Assembly (NCBI RefSeq): GCF_008831285.2
Contig: NC_045138.2
Coordinates: 29,388,001-29,452,000, forward strand
Direction of reading: 5' to 3'
Source of the DNA: Nymphaea colorata
Lineage: Eukaryota
DNA length: 64,000 nt
Shown: piece by piece, positions 12,701-23,400 of the stretch
Layout: each line of letters begins with the position of its first letter
Numbering within the stretch: the first letter of the stretch is position 1
Position numbers and translations under genes: made by a program
The notes under the pieces: model-generated
Told to the model about the DNA's origin: nothing
Seen by the model: the letters and a program-made list of their open reading frames with translations, nothing else
Databases searched by the model: none

Positions 12701-14025
12701 ACCAAGTCCTGCAAAACACAACGATCGGCAGAGAATATAAGTTCACAATTCAATTCTTTAGTAAGTCTACTGACTGATAAAAGATTTAAAGGAAACTGAG
12801 GAACATGTAAAGCGCCCTGCACATGAAATTTGTCCAACAAGGACAGAGTGCCTTCGCCTGCCACACAGGTAGAGGAACCATCTGCAAGAGAAACACGTTC
12901 CCTTCCCGAGGACAACTTATACTCATGAAACAATTTTGGATTACCTGTCATGTGATGAGTAGCACCACTATCGACAATCCATTCCCCCACAGAAGAGTTA
13001 CCTTGATTGCCAATAACTGCAAGAGCATGATTAGCTGTAGTTCCCTCCGAGGTCTCAGTCTTGTTGACATCGATCCTGCCCAAATAAGCCCTTAGTTCAC
13101 GAAGCTGGTCAGCAGAAATGGAGACTTTTTCTCCACTAGAGGCTTGCACCTCAGACACAGGCGTTCTCCCAGTCAAAGGTCTCCCTCTGTTTCCTTTCTT
13201 TTCTGGATGAAGATCCCAGCAATAATCCACAGTGTGACCTGTCTTCTTGCAGTGAGTGCACCGGCAAAGAGATCTAGATGGGCCGCCAGGACCACGACTT
13301 ACGAGAGCAGATCTCTCGTTATAGGGTACAAGTTCCCTCTTCCCTTCTTTTGTAACAAGCCTTCTCTGTTCTTTCGCTTCAACACAGGAATACACATCCT
13401 CAATACTGGACACCTCCCCTGAATTCAGAATCTGGCTTCGAACACCTTCAAACTCATCATTTAAACCTGCTAAAAATAGGAACAACCTATTTTCCCATTC
13501 ATGAGCAACATAGAGCGCCTGATCATGGGGACAATGCCAAGGAATATCAGAATGATAGTCAAGCTCTTCCCACTTGGCTTTCAAAGCCCCATAGTACTCT
13601 GCAACAGTCGAGTTCCCTTGTCGAATGCCATAGACTGTCTTCATAACTTGGTAAGTACGAATTGCCGTTTTCTTTTGGCCATACATTTGCTCGAGGACCA
13701 CCCACATGTCTCTAGCAGTCTTCTTCCGAAGGATAAGGGGCTGAATATCGGCAGAAACGGAGTTGACAATCCAAGTTTTCACTTGATTATCCTCAAGAAA
13801 CCAAGTATGCCACACATCACTTGTTCTTGCTGGTTCGGGGTTGCTCCCATCAATATAGGCCATGCGACCACGGCCAGCAATCCCCATAGTCATAGCAGGT
13901 GACCACGAGAAATAGTTTTCCTTGGTGAGGCGAAGAGTGATGACCTGCATGGGAACATTCTCAGTTCTAGAAGCCCCTATTTCAGTCGGATTGGTGTTGA
14001 CGGTGGACGAGGAAGAGGCTGCCAT
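9721..14025 (-). CDS. Copia gag-pol polyprotein (1,434 aa from the first ATG)
   Basis: Zinc knuckle CTHCKKTGHTVDYC; protease WIVDSGATHHM; HHCC WHERFGH..CDVC; integrase HSDVWGP/RSDN/QNGVAERKNR; RT KARLVAKG, QLDVKNAFLNG, LYGLKQSPRAW, YVDDM; RNase H YSDADWAG/AEAEY/CDNKSA/TKHVEID. No stops or frameshifts. Confidence 0.97.
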   Translation of the reverse strand: MAASSSSTVNTNPTEIGASRTENVPMQVITLRLTKENYFSWSPAMTMGIAGRGRMAYIDGSNPEPARTSDVWHTWFLEDNQVKTWIVNSVSADIQPLILRKKTARDMWVVLEQMYGQKKTAIRTYQVMKTVYGIRQGNSTVAEYYGALKAKWEELDYHSDIPWHCPHDQALYVAHEWENRLFLFLAGLNDEFEGVRSQILNSGEVSSIEDVYSCVEAKEQRRLVTKEGKRELVPYNERSALVSRGPGGPSRSLCRCTHCKKTGHTVDYCWDLHPEKKGNRGRPLTGRTPVSEVQASSGEKVSISADQLRELRAYLGRIDVNKTETSEGTTANHALAVIGNQGNSSVGEWIVDSGATHHMTGNPKLFHEYKLSSGRERVSLADGSSTCVAGEGTLSLLDKFHVQGALHVPQFPLNLLSVSRLTKELNCELIFSADRCVLQDLVTGKRIGIGLASDGLYRLPIRVATALLTAIRKTDKRREDCLQSFMYWHERFGHLPFGILKHLFPDLCSSFDVSSISCDVCQFAKHVRASYPLSSSCANEAFSLIHSDVWGPSGIHTRQGFQYFITFIDDFSRATFIYLLKDRSEVPRIIETFILLVHTQYGANVKTFRSDNACEYMCQPVEEFLRQRGIVHETSCSYTPPQNGVAERKNRQLLNVTRALLFQRNLPKHYWGDAVLTSAYLINRMPSRVLNGKPPHSLLPGSRPPFPLPPRVFGCVCFIHDHSPNVKKLDPRSIKGVFVGYSPTQKGYKCIDPITGRAYVTRDVTFLEHASYFGANPLQGEQSVGREEYSQRQELQFIDFLDYKKAESLNNVDVPEKEERCDNSLEKEGPQLFGQFYSRRGTRTEMMTCDARSTSNPNATPSLDEPSPTVETHDEVEKKNDDLPIALRKGVRSCTQHPIGNFVSYSRLGKDYKCFVSTISLAVIPRTVAEAQSDSKWADAMKEEIDALRRNLTWEVVKIPEAAHLVGSKWVYTIKYKPDGSVERYKARLVAKGFSQKYGIDYLETFAPVAKMKTVRVVISLAVMKEWKMYQLDVKNAFLNGDLEEEVYMHMPPGYEEPEKCCKLKKALYGLKQSPRAWFERLRRVMLRHGYKQGNGDHTLFVTKKESRVTILLVYVDDMIVTGDDEEEIIKLKGLLATEFDLKDLGKLRYFLGMEVARSSTGLVLNQRKYTLDLLEETGKLGCRPTPTPFDTGHKLSLRDGEPLCEEDKGRYQRLVGKLIYLTLTRPDITFAVNVLSQFMHAPTDAHLKAVDRVLCYLKKNPGKGLLYVKQETVEIEGYSDADWAGCGDTRRSTTGYCVYLGGNLVVWRSKRQDVCSRSSAEAEYRAIAMGVSELILLTDIGIEIEGPMKMYCDNKSAINLANNPVLHDRTKHVEIDRHFIRERIDAKEFILPYMKSEDQTADVLTKALPSASFERNVSKLGMFDMYAQLEGEC
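9727..9735 (-). promoter_or_regulatory. Polypurine tract
   Basis: Minus strand GAGGGGGAG immediately before the 3' LTR. Confidence 0.9.
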
Positions 14026-14541
14026 AATCACAGACCAGTAGGCAGCAAGGGCAGCAGGAAGCAATCACACGATACAACACCAAAAAACGGACAGAGAGCA
14101 GGAAACGGAACCAGGCAAAGCGGCGCGGCGCTGGGCGGAAACAGACCAGGCAGAGCGGCACGGCGCCGGAAAAGGACACGGCGTTGGGCGGAAAAAGACC
14201 GCCGCTGGACAGGTCGTCGTTTGGGTAGGCCGACGCTGGGCGGAAGCGGCTGAACGGGAACGCCGCTGGGCAGGGCGTCGCTGGGCGGAAGTAGCGGATT
14301 CCTGAGCGGAAGTAGCGGATTCCTGAGCGGCGCTAATCAGGGCGTCGCTGGGCCGGTTGTCGCTAGGCGGAGACGGCGGAATCCTGAGCGGTGCTGATCA
14401 GGGCGGCGCTGGGCGGAGACGGCGGCGGGACGACAGACGACGCTCGGGCACGAGCGTCGGGCACGGGCGAGACGATGAACAGTGCCGGGCGATTCTCCTC
14501 TAACACGGGCAAAAGACAACCAGAAACGCCGGAACTTCACG

Positions 14542-14553
14542 GCTCTGATACCA
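14542..14553 (-). promoter_or_regulatory. Primer-binding site, initiator tRNA-Met
   Basis: Minus strand TGGTATCAGAGC directly after the 5' LTR. Confidence 0.95.
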
Positions 14554-14803
14554 TGTAGAGATACGAACAAGAAGAAGAGGAAGAGAAGCAATGATCACGA
14601 TGTAACGTGGAAAACCCTCAACACGAGGGAGAAAAAACCACGAATGAGGAGTAGTTGGTGCCCACTAGCAGCCAGACTCTCTCTCTCTTAAGATTATCAT
14701 TAACACATAAGGATTAGGGTTACATGACTTAAGTAGAGCCCAAAAACGGGCTACAAGGCGGGTCGGGTATGGATCCGGACCCGAACCACACAATCTGTCA
14801 ACA
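14554..14803 (-). repeat. 5' LTR (250 bp)
   Basis: tgtagagatacg...aatctgtcaaca; no difference from 9477-9726 found by eye. Confidence 0.96.
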
Positions 14804-16396
14804 ATTATTAATTTTTTTTAACGGCTAGGCCTTTCTGAGCATCTGGGTTGTGGTAGTTTTGGGGCTTGCTTTTGGTGTTCTGTCAATGGTTGATGTGCTC
14901 AATTGGGTGGTCTTCTTTCGGTGCTCTTTGTTTTGGTTTCTGGATGCTGCTTTAGTGGACAATGCAGAGGTGCTTCTTGTGTTTCATTTGTTTTCAGTCG
15001 CGTGCTGTTTATTGATTATTTTGTGTGTCTGAAACTTCTGAGCCTGCAGTCTTATTTTTACTGTCATTGCTCATTGGAGTGTTCATTCTACCGTGGAAGA
15101 AGCATTCATTATTTCCATGACTTTTTGGGCATGATTGCGTGAACTATCAAGGTCTTCGATCATGATAGTTTTTCAGCATTCCAACTGGTTGGTGTTTTGT
15201 GGGTTCTTTCTTGTTTGAAAAGCTCTGATGTCTGCACGCATGTTTTACTTTGCCTTGCTTCCCCGTCTTTCAGCATTCCAACTAAGTCTACCTTTGTAAA
15301 TTATAACTTGGGAATTCATAACTTCATGGGACTAGTAGTAATAAGTTCTCAGAAGTAATGGTAGGGAAATATACAAGTTAAATATGCGTGTGTGAGTGAA
15401 ATAACTTTTTCAAATGCAGCTTATGCTGTAGGGTTCTATGATCTATCAAACAGCAGGCGTACTGTTTCATGTATCTTCTCTAAGATTGCTGCAGATATAT
15501 GAAACATTGTAACAACCCAATAAAAGCATTGTTCCTTTATGAACCAAGCATTTTCTCCTTTTGCTTACTATGTCTTCTCATCAATTTTTTTTTTTTTTTG
15601 AACAGAAAAAGTAAAAGAGACTTGAACCTCCCCAGTTGTCACATTGAAAGTCTAAAACTTAGTTTCATATGAACTTCCTCAAAAACATTTCATATTCACT
15701 CCTTTTCATCGTCAAGCTTTTGCAATGAGATCTAGGGATTTTAACCCCCTCCTTTGGCCTCAAACACACTTCTCTTAAACTGCACTTTTGAAACTGCCTT
15801 TGTTCTATCTTTTGTATTCATAATTATCTATTATCTTTTGTATTCATAATTATCTATATACTTTATTTGAGGGGAGTTGAGCTTCTTGATTATAAAACTA
15901 TCTTTGGATCTGATTCTCAATTGATTAAACAACAATTTAATTCATCTCCTGCTATGGTGGTCATCTCGTCTAATTTCTTTTTCGCATTTTTCTGACTGGT
16001 CATACCAAACGTTCTAATTCGTGAGTTTAGCTTCCAATTTCTATTGTGGGACTGGTATTTGAGGCGCATGTTGTGTTTCTCTCTAACATGGAAATATTCA
16101 TTCATTTCATTGCTCTTGTTTTAAGATGGAAGGGAATGAACAATTGTTTCATTAAGTTGACTTCGTATTTGCTATGGTATACATTTTCTTATGCAGGTTC
16201 TTCATTTGTCTTCGTGTCCTTATTTTCTTATGCTTGTTCTTCATTTGTTTTGGTGCTTCAACTTAAATAATTATTGCTTCACAAGAAGCTGATCAGCTCT
16301 TTGAGTTGCTCTACTATTTCTGCTGCTAGCTATTGTTTTTTGTTCCTATCTTGGGGTTTACATTTACTTGATGTTTTTTCCTAAACTGTAGTACCT

Positions 16397-17399
16397 ATGG
16401 AAGGTTCAAGCTCAAGAAATGATAGTCTTGTCTGGAGTGACGCTCAACTAGATCATCTTATAGAACTTCTAGTTGAGCAATCAAGACTCCCTGGCATGAA
16501 GTCAGGTGCTAATTTAAAGCCAAAAGCGTTTAAGGTCATTGAACGACAAATGATAGAAATGTTTGGCCCACAATTCAAAGTCGAAAAAATTAAAAACAAA
16601 TTGAAGAGTACGAAAGCAGACTACAATGTGTGCAGACAAATTTTGGCAACAAGTGGGTTTGGTTGGGACCCGATAAACCAGTGCGTAGATGTTGAAAATG
16701 AAGTTTGGGCGGAGTACATTCAGGTAAGGCAGGGACCATTTAGTGGAAATTAACCATCATGTCTATTACATTATACAACATATGTGACTGTAATTGTGTT
16801 TGCAGAAATTCCCTGATCGGCGCAAGTTTAAAGGGGGGCAAAAATGGAAACATTATCAACAACTAGACGAAGTGTTTGGCCAGTCCATTGCAAATGGTAT
16901 TTGTAGTTTTACTTGTTCTTCATTGAATAGATCTAATGACTTACAAACTGATCAACCATCCGAGACCCCTACAACACATAACCCTGATTTGGGTTACAAT
17001 GTTCATGAAAATGTATCCTTTACACAAATGTTGAACGAGGATTCTCCTGTGCCATCACCGACGCAGGTTGAACAAGATTCACAACAAACTGGATTTGAAA
17101 GTAGGACAACAAACTCATCAAATAAAAGAGCAAGAGTAAGTGCGAATCACGAGGGATATGAAACAATATTGCAGGAAATAGCTGATACTTTTCGTACAAT
17201 GATAGACACATCCTCATATAGCTGCTTGAACAAATGTTTAGAGCTATTGCAAGAAATGCTCGAGTTGGGAGAGATAGATGCTGGCATGCACTTAAAAGCC
17301 ACGATGCTAATGGAGAAGCCAAACAAGCCAGTCGTCTTCCTCAAACTTCTGCCGACCCAACGTGTGCCTTGGTTGTTGGCTAATGTAAATCATCCATAG
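16397..17399 (+). CDS. PIF/Harbinger ORF1, Myb/SANT-like DNA-binding protein (306 aa; exons 16397-16723 and 16806-17399)
   Basis: W..(13)/LKPKAF/KIKNKLK/SGFGWDP/EVWAEYIQ|KFPDRRKFK..LDEVFG pattern of plant Myb/SANT ORF1 proteins; phase-0 GTAAGG...TGCAG intron. Confidence 0.9.
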
Positions 17400-17630
17400 T
17401 AAGTAGTGTGTGTTCTGTTACATCTTTATAATTCAATGATGTGCTTCTTTTAATTTATATGCAATTGAATGGATGCTATTGATATTGCTTTATACTTGAT
17501 TGCGTAACATGTTTGTTTTTATGGCGGTTAACTCCTTTCCCCTTTCCATATTAGAATGTTTTATTTGTACATTCACATGTCAAACATGAAACAAGTTGTT
17601 TTTCTCCTTCTGCTACCTAGTGCTGCAGTC

Positions 17631-19098
17631 ATGTTGTCAGATGAAGAAGAAAGAAATCTTGTGATAGGAAGACTCATGTTTGCCGTGGCAATCATAATTT
17701 CTAGACTTCTTACTCAACCTAGACGAATCGTTCACCCTTTTAGAAATGCTGGTTCGAGATTTGTTGATAATATCATCAATGGTCATCCAAGGAATTGCTT
17801 GGACTTAATGCGCATGGATCGCCTCTCGTTTATTACATTATGTAATATCTTGAAAGAGAAAAATTTAGTAGAAGATGGTCGGGAAATCAGTGTAGAAGAG
17901 CAAGTTGCTATCTTTCTACTTACTGTTGGTCATAACGAGCGCAACCGTGCGTGTCAGAACACGTTTCAACACTCAGGTCAAACAATTAGTAAGTACGTCA
18001 ACATCATCTTACGAGCCCTATGTCAATTGGGTGAACAATACATCAGTCGACCAAACGATGACACTCCATCAAAAATCCGATTCAATCCTCGTTTCAATGC
18101 ATATTTTCAGGTAAGGTAGTTCAACAAACTCACACAGTACATTGTACCAAATAATGTTTCACTAACATTTTTCATTGTACATAGGATTGTCTAGGAGCTA
18201 TAGATGGCACTCACATACCAGTATGGGTACATACATCAGAACAATCGAGGTTTCGAAATAGAAAAGGAACTCTCTCACAAAATGTACTGGCTGTAGTTGG
18301 TTTCGACATGCGATTCCACTATGTTTTGGCGGGCTGGGAAGGTAGTGCGACAGATTCAAGAGTATTGTACAGTGCACTAGACAACGATGTCGATCCTCTT
18401 CTCATACCTACAGGTTAGGTTGTGAATCTACTATATTGGTACTTTTTAGGTTACAGTTGCATTTAATGTCGAACTCATAATAACTGTATTGTGTAGGGAA
18501 ATACTACCTTGGTGATGGAGGATATCCAAACATACGTGGTTTACTAACTCCACATCGAGGTCATCGATACCATCTCTCTGAATTTAATACACCTGGGGCA
18601 CGACGTGTTACATGTGCAGAGGAACTATTTAATCATCGTCATTCATCGTTAAGAACAACTGTGGAACGAACTTTTGGTTTATTAAAAGGACGGTTCCCTA
18701 TACTAAAAACACAAGTGTCGTACCCTTACCATACACAAGTTGCGATTGTCTTAGCCACGTGTGTTCTACACAATTTCATTTTAGACCATAATCTTGAAGC
18801 AGAGCAGTTTGATGTTGATGAAAGTGCATTTGACGATGCAAATGAGAGCACATCGTTTGTAAACGAGGATGAAAGTAGGACACAAAGTGTTCGTCGAGGA
18901 TCGAATAATGATCTGCGCAGTACAATAACATCTCAAATGTTTACAGATTTTCAAATTCGTAGGTGCGGATTAACTTATCACACACATAAACAATTCTGTC
19001 GCAGTACAATAACAATTTCATTTCATCGCTTTTTATCTTCATAATCTCTTCGGAAATGTGATGTCTTTGTTTATGTTTTCAGGACTGATGGAAGATGA
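17631..19098 (+). CDS. PIF-type DDE transposase (HARBI1/DDE_Tnp_4 family); exons 17631-18110, 18185-18413, 18497-18962 and probably 19083-19098 (stop at 19044 if the last intron is unspliced)
   Basis: RMDRLSF..VEEQVAIFLLTVGHN..FQHSGQTIS (HTH region); DCLGAIDGTH; NRKG; GWEGSATDSRV; YYLGDGGY; FNHRHSSLRTTVERTFGLLKGRF. 49 residues separate the second D and the E, which is PIF-like rather than Pong DD35E. GT-AG introns keep the frame. Confidence 0.94.
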
Positions 19099-20374
19099 AG
19101 GACTGACATAATTGTGACGAATGTTCGAAGGTCGTGGAAGGGGAAAATTTGATTCTGTTTGTGTTTTTTGTTTTTTTATGGTGCAGAGACACTGCATATG
19201 TATTTGCTTTTATGGATGCTCGACACATGCACTTGGCTTTCTATTGAACGTTGAAGCTCTTCTGAATAGTGAACACTGATGGGAATATGTAAATATTTTA
19301 TCACTGAAGGGACAATGTATGTGGTTTGATGCGCATTTTATCATTGATGGGACTATGTATGTTGTGTTGACGTTGCGCCTTGTTGTTGAATTGTATGGTA
19401 TGTTTGATAGTCTATTGACGTGTTGTTGAATTTTGGAAATTTTATGGCTTTCATGTTTGTTATATGTTCCTTATCATTGAGTTGTTGCATCCACGTAATG
19501 GAGCGTGAAATGCATTTGGGCAACAATTCAGTACTTCGTAATGAATATCTCAATTTAGAATGTTGAAATTGTGATTTTGTTTTCATGCAATCGATTGGTA
19601 TACCAAAAGGAAAAATATTTATTATAAAGCCCAAGGTTAGATCCCTGATTTGCCAGCTGCTAATATGTTTCTATTTTTGTTTAATTCTAAATGATCTTCT
19701 CATGTTGAATTTGAGCAGGGTGAAGTGGCCATTGATAATTGCGTTGATTGAAGGTCATATTGTTCTTTGCATACGCTAGTGAATGATATATTCCCCCCAA
19801 CGTCTCCAGAGCAGGTTTGTTTCTCTCCACTTTTCCTTTTCTTTGCCCTGTTTTGGGTTATGTGCTTGCTTTTTGGCTGCCTATAAACAGTGGAATCGAT
19901 GGTCAGATTAGTGTTGATAAAGTTGTTAATGATAATGATTCGTTGTTGGATTAATGTTGAATGATCTTATCCATTATATCATGTTGAACTTGGTTTTTCT
20001 TGTATATTTCTTAATGAGCGTGCTCTGTATATTTCTTAGCGGAAACAACTTTCATGTATATTTCTTAATTAGCGTGCTTGTATAGTTTTTCTTGTTAGAT
20101 CATGTTGAACTTGGTACCCCTTCCTTGTGTACGTGGTTTTACTGTTCCTCTCTTGTAAATCTAGAAAAATATTTCCTTATTATCAAACCAAGAATTAATT
20201 TTTTGAAAATCTGGAAATATATTTCTTTTTCATCAAACATAGAAATATATTTCTGAAAACATATTTCCAAATCATCACACACACATCAAAATTGGAATCG
20301 GAAAACTTTTTCCCATTCCATTTTTCCATTTCCTATATTTCCGGAAATATATTTCCAGAAATATATTTCTGGGC

Positions 20375-20388
20375 CATCAAACGGCCCC
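20375..20388 (-). repeat. Right TIR of PIF/Harbinger element
   Basis: CATCAAACGGCCCC (reverse complement GGGGCCGTTTGATG), followed by TTA. Confidence 0.93.
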
Positions 20389-20479
20389 TTAAGGATAAAA
20401 TTGTTAGCTAGATTCTATAGGTTCAACACGAGATCTGTCAACTTCAACGGGATGATTACACCTCATTTATTTCTCATCC

Positions 20480-23400
20480 CCATCCTTTTGTACCAATAAT
20501 GAGACGATTACACCACATCTAACTTTTATCTCTTGAATGCCTTTGAAGTTACATGTCATACTTTCTTGCCAAGATGATGAGACATAAAAAATAGTCCCAA
20601 ATAAAGTATAATTTTTTTTTTATCGCTTTTCATTATGAATATGATCCCACATGCAGCATCCACTACTTGTGTATGACAACCAATCAGCCTATTATTTTAA
20701 TACCACTTAATTACCATTTTTAATGGTGGGGATGTTGCTTCATCAAGATCCATAAATAGTTCTCAGGTGTCAAGAGACTGCTTCGGCTGTTGTTGAACGG
20801 GATCCATCATAGCCATTCTATCCTATTTCAATTTACCTACATAGAAATCCTTTTTCCAAAAACTCTTTTTGCATCTCCACTCATTTACTTATTTTACAAA
20901 CGCCCAACAATTTCAACCCGTGTTTTCTCTTATCTTTTGTTGAAAAGGAACAAACATATCTTAAGGGCATCGTCACCATAATTGTTGATATGCACTTTAT
21001 ATCATATTTCAAGAAAAAATTCATCATGAAGATGATAAAGGTCTTCATGACTTTTTTCATAAAAAGAGAGTAGCATTTTTTGCCACTAAAAATTGAGCAG
21101 CTCCCCCACTTGGTCTCAAATGTAGGAAGCTGCATGATATTTCTGTAGGAAAAAATAGACCTTAACTAGTCGAATATGTAGTTAACCATTCTCACCATGT
21201 ACTCAGCTACTCCCACTTTTCTAGTATTGTCTACTTTTCATTGTCATCCATTTTGTCTCACACATAACCACATAAAACTGAACATTATAACGATGCATCT
21301 AGTTGGTCATGCATTAGTTGTGTTTATGAGAAACTATGCCGTTATAATTCTCTAACGTTTCTAGCAAAGGAACAAAAACAACATGAACATCGGCCACTGA
21401 TTTCAACCAATATTTTGTCTTATCTTTCATTGTAAAGGAAACAAACATATGTCAAGGACATCATATCCTAAATTCTTGACATGCACCTTATATCATATTT
21501 CGAGAAGAAATTCATTAAGATGACGACAAGGCCGTCATGACCCTTTTCATAAAAAGATTGTAGTACTTTTCATCAGTCAAAATAGAGCAGCTGCCCCATC
21601 TGATCTCAAAATGCAGGAGGCGGCATGATGTTTGTATTGTGAAAAAATACACCTTAAGTACTCTAATATTTAGTTAACTATCCTCATCATGCCCTCGCTC
21701 TTTTATAGTATTGCATGCTTTTCATAGTCAATACTTTTGTCTCACACGTAACCTCTTAACTGACCATTATGATGATGCATCTAGTTGGCCATGCATTGGT
21801 TGAGTCTTAAGTCAGCCATGTACTTCAATTGAATTTGATTGACATTCTAAACTTGATGGTGGAGATGTTGCTTCATCAAGATCGTTTAGCAATTCCCAGG
21901 TCTTACGGGACTGCTTCTTCTCTGGTTGTATGGGCTTCATCGTAACTTTTCCGCCCATAATGCGACGATCACACATCATTCACGTCTCATCCCTTGAGTG
22001 CTCCATAAGTTATAAATGTCGCTCTCTCAGGCCAAGACGATGAGGCAAGATGCACAAGATTGTCAATAATAATCCCAAACAAAGTCTATGTCGGTTCATC
22101 TCTATTCGTCAAGAATATGCTCCCACATGCAACATTCGATAGTTTACCACGACAAACACTTGGCCATTTATTCTAATTCCAATAACTGACATTTTGAACT
22201 TGATGGTAGGAACGTTGCCTCATTAAGATCCTTGTGCGGTTCTCAACTCTCACAGGACTGCTTCTGCTCATGTATTACGAGGTTCATCGTATCTTTTCAA
22301 CTCTACTTTTTTCATATTCAATACTTTTGTTTCACACATAACCTCCCAAAACAGGATATTTTGCCGATGAATCTAGTTGGCCATGCATTGGTCGTGTCAT
22401 CAGCCGACCATTTATTTCAGTTGCAATTGATTGACATTTCTAACTCGATGGTGGGGACGTTGCTTAATCAAAATAATGAGATGATCACACATCATTCACA
22501 TCTCATCCCATGAGTGCTCCATAAGTTATATAAGTGCGCACTCTCTTGCCAAGACGATGAGGCGAGATGCATGAGATTATCAATAATATCCGAAACAAAA
22601 TCTATGTTCATTCATCGCTATTTGTCAAAAATGTGCTCCCACATGCAACATCTGCTACATTACCATGGTAACCTGTCAGCCATTTATTTTAATTGCACAT
22701 AACTGACATTTTGAATTTGATGGTGGGGACGTTGCCTGATCAAGATTCTTATGTGGTTCCCAGGTCTCACGGAACTGCTTTCCCCTCTTGTTGTACGGGG
22801 TTCATAGTATCTTTTCTACACTAGTTCGATGTAATCAAATGGAAATATTATTGTTTTCAATAGCCTTTTTGCATCTCCTCTCATTTACTAATTTGGACAT
22901 CGGCCACTGATTTCAACCAATATTTTGTCTTATCTTTCATTGTCAAGGAAACAAACATATGTCAAGGACATCATAACCTAAATTCATGACATGCACCTTA
23001 TATCATATTTCGAGATGAAATTCATCAAGATGACGACAAGGATCGTTATGACCCTTTTCATAAAAACATTGTAGTACTTTTCATCAGTCAAAATAGAGCA
23101 GCTGCCCCATCTGATCTGAAAATGCAGGAGGCGGCATGATGTTCATATTGTGAAAAAATACACCATAAGTAATCTAACATTTAGTTAACTATCCTCATCA
23201 TGCCCTCGCACTTTTATAGTATTGCATGCTTTTCATAGTCAATACTTTTGTCTCACACGCAACCTCCTAAAACTGACCATTATGATGATGCATCTAGTTG
23301 GCCATTAAGATTGTAGTACATTTCATCAGTCAAAATAGAGCAGCTGCACCATTTGATCTCAAAATGCAGGAGGCGACATGATGTTCATATTGTAAAAAAA

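Larger units (their letters stand above)
9477..14803 (-). mobile_element. Complete Ty1/copia LTR retrotransposon (5,327 bp), probably Ale/Retrofit-type, nested in the PIF element
   Basis: Two 250-bp TG...CA LTRs, 5-bp TSD ATTAT (9472-9476 and 14804-14808), PBS, PPT and a single gag-pol ORF in copia order (PR-INT-RT-RH). Short LTRs and a stop codon inside the 3' LTR suggest the Ale lineage (inference). Confidence 0.97.
8819..20388 (+). mobile_element. Full-length autonomous-type PIF/Harbinger DNA transposon (~6.24 kb once the nested copia is removed)
   Basis: TSD TTA at 8816-8818 and 20389-20391; TIRs match 13/14 as inverted repeats; contains a Myb/SANT ORF1 and a DDE transposase. Confidence 0.96.

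Noticed and set aside
9935..13902. Plus-strand ORFs inside the copia
   Set aside because: Antisense shadows of the gag-pol frame.
17556..17630. Upstream ATG extension of the transposase in the ORF track (MFYLYIH...)
   Set aside because: It lies in T-rich intron-like sequence ending in a splice acceptor; 17631 or the spliced fusion is more plausible.
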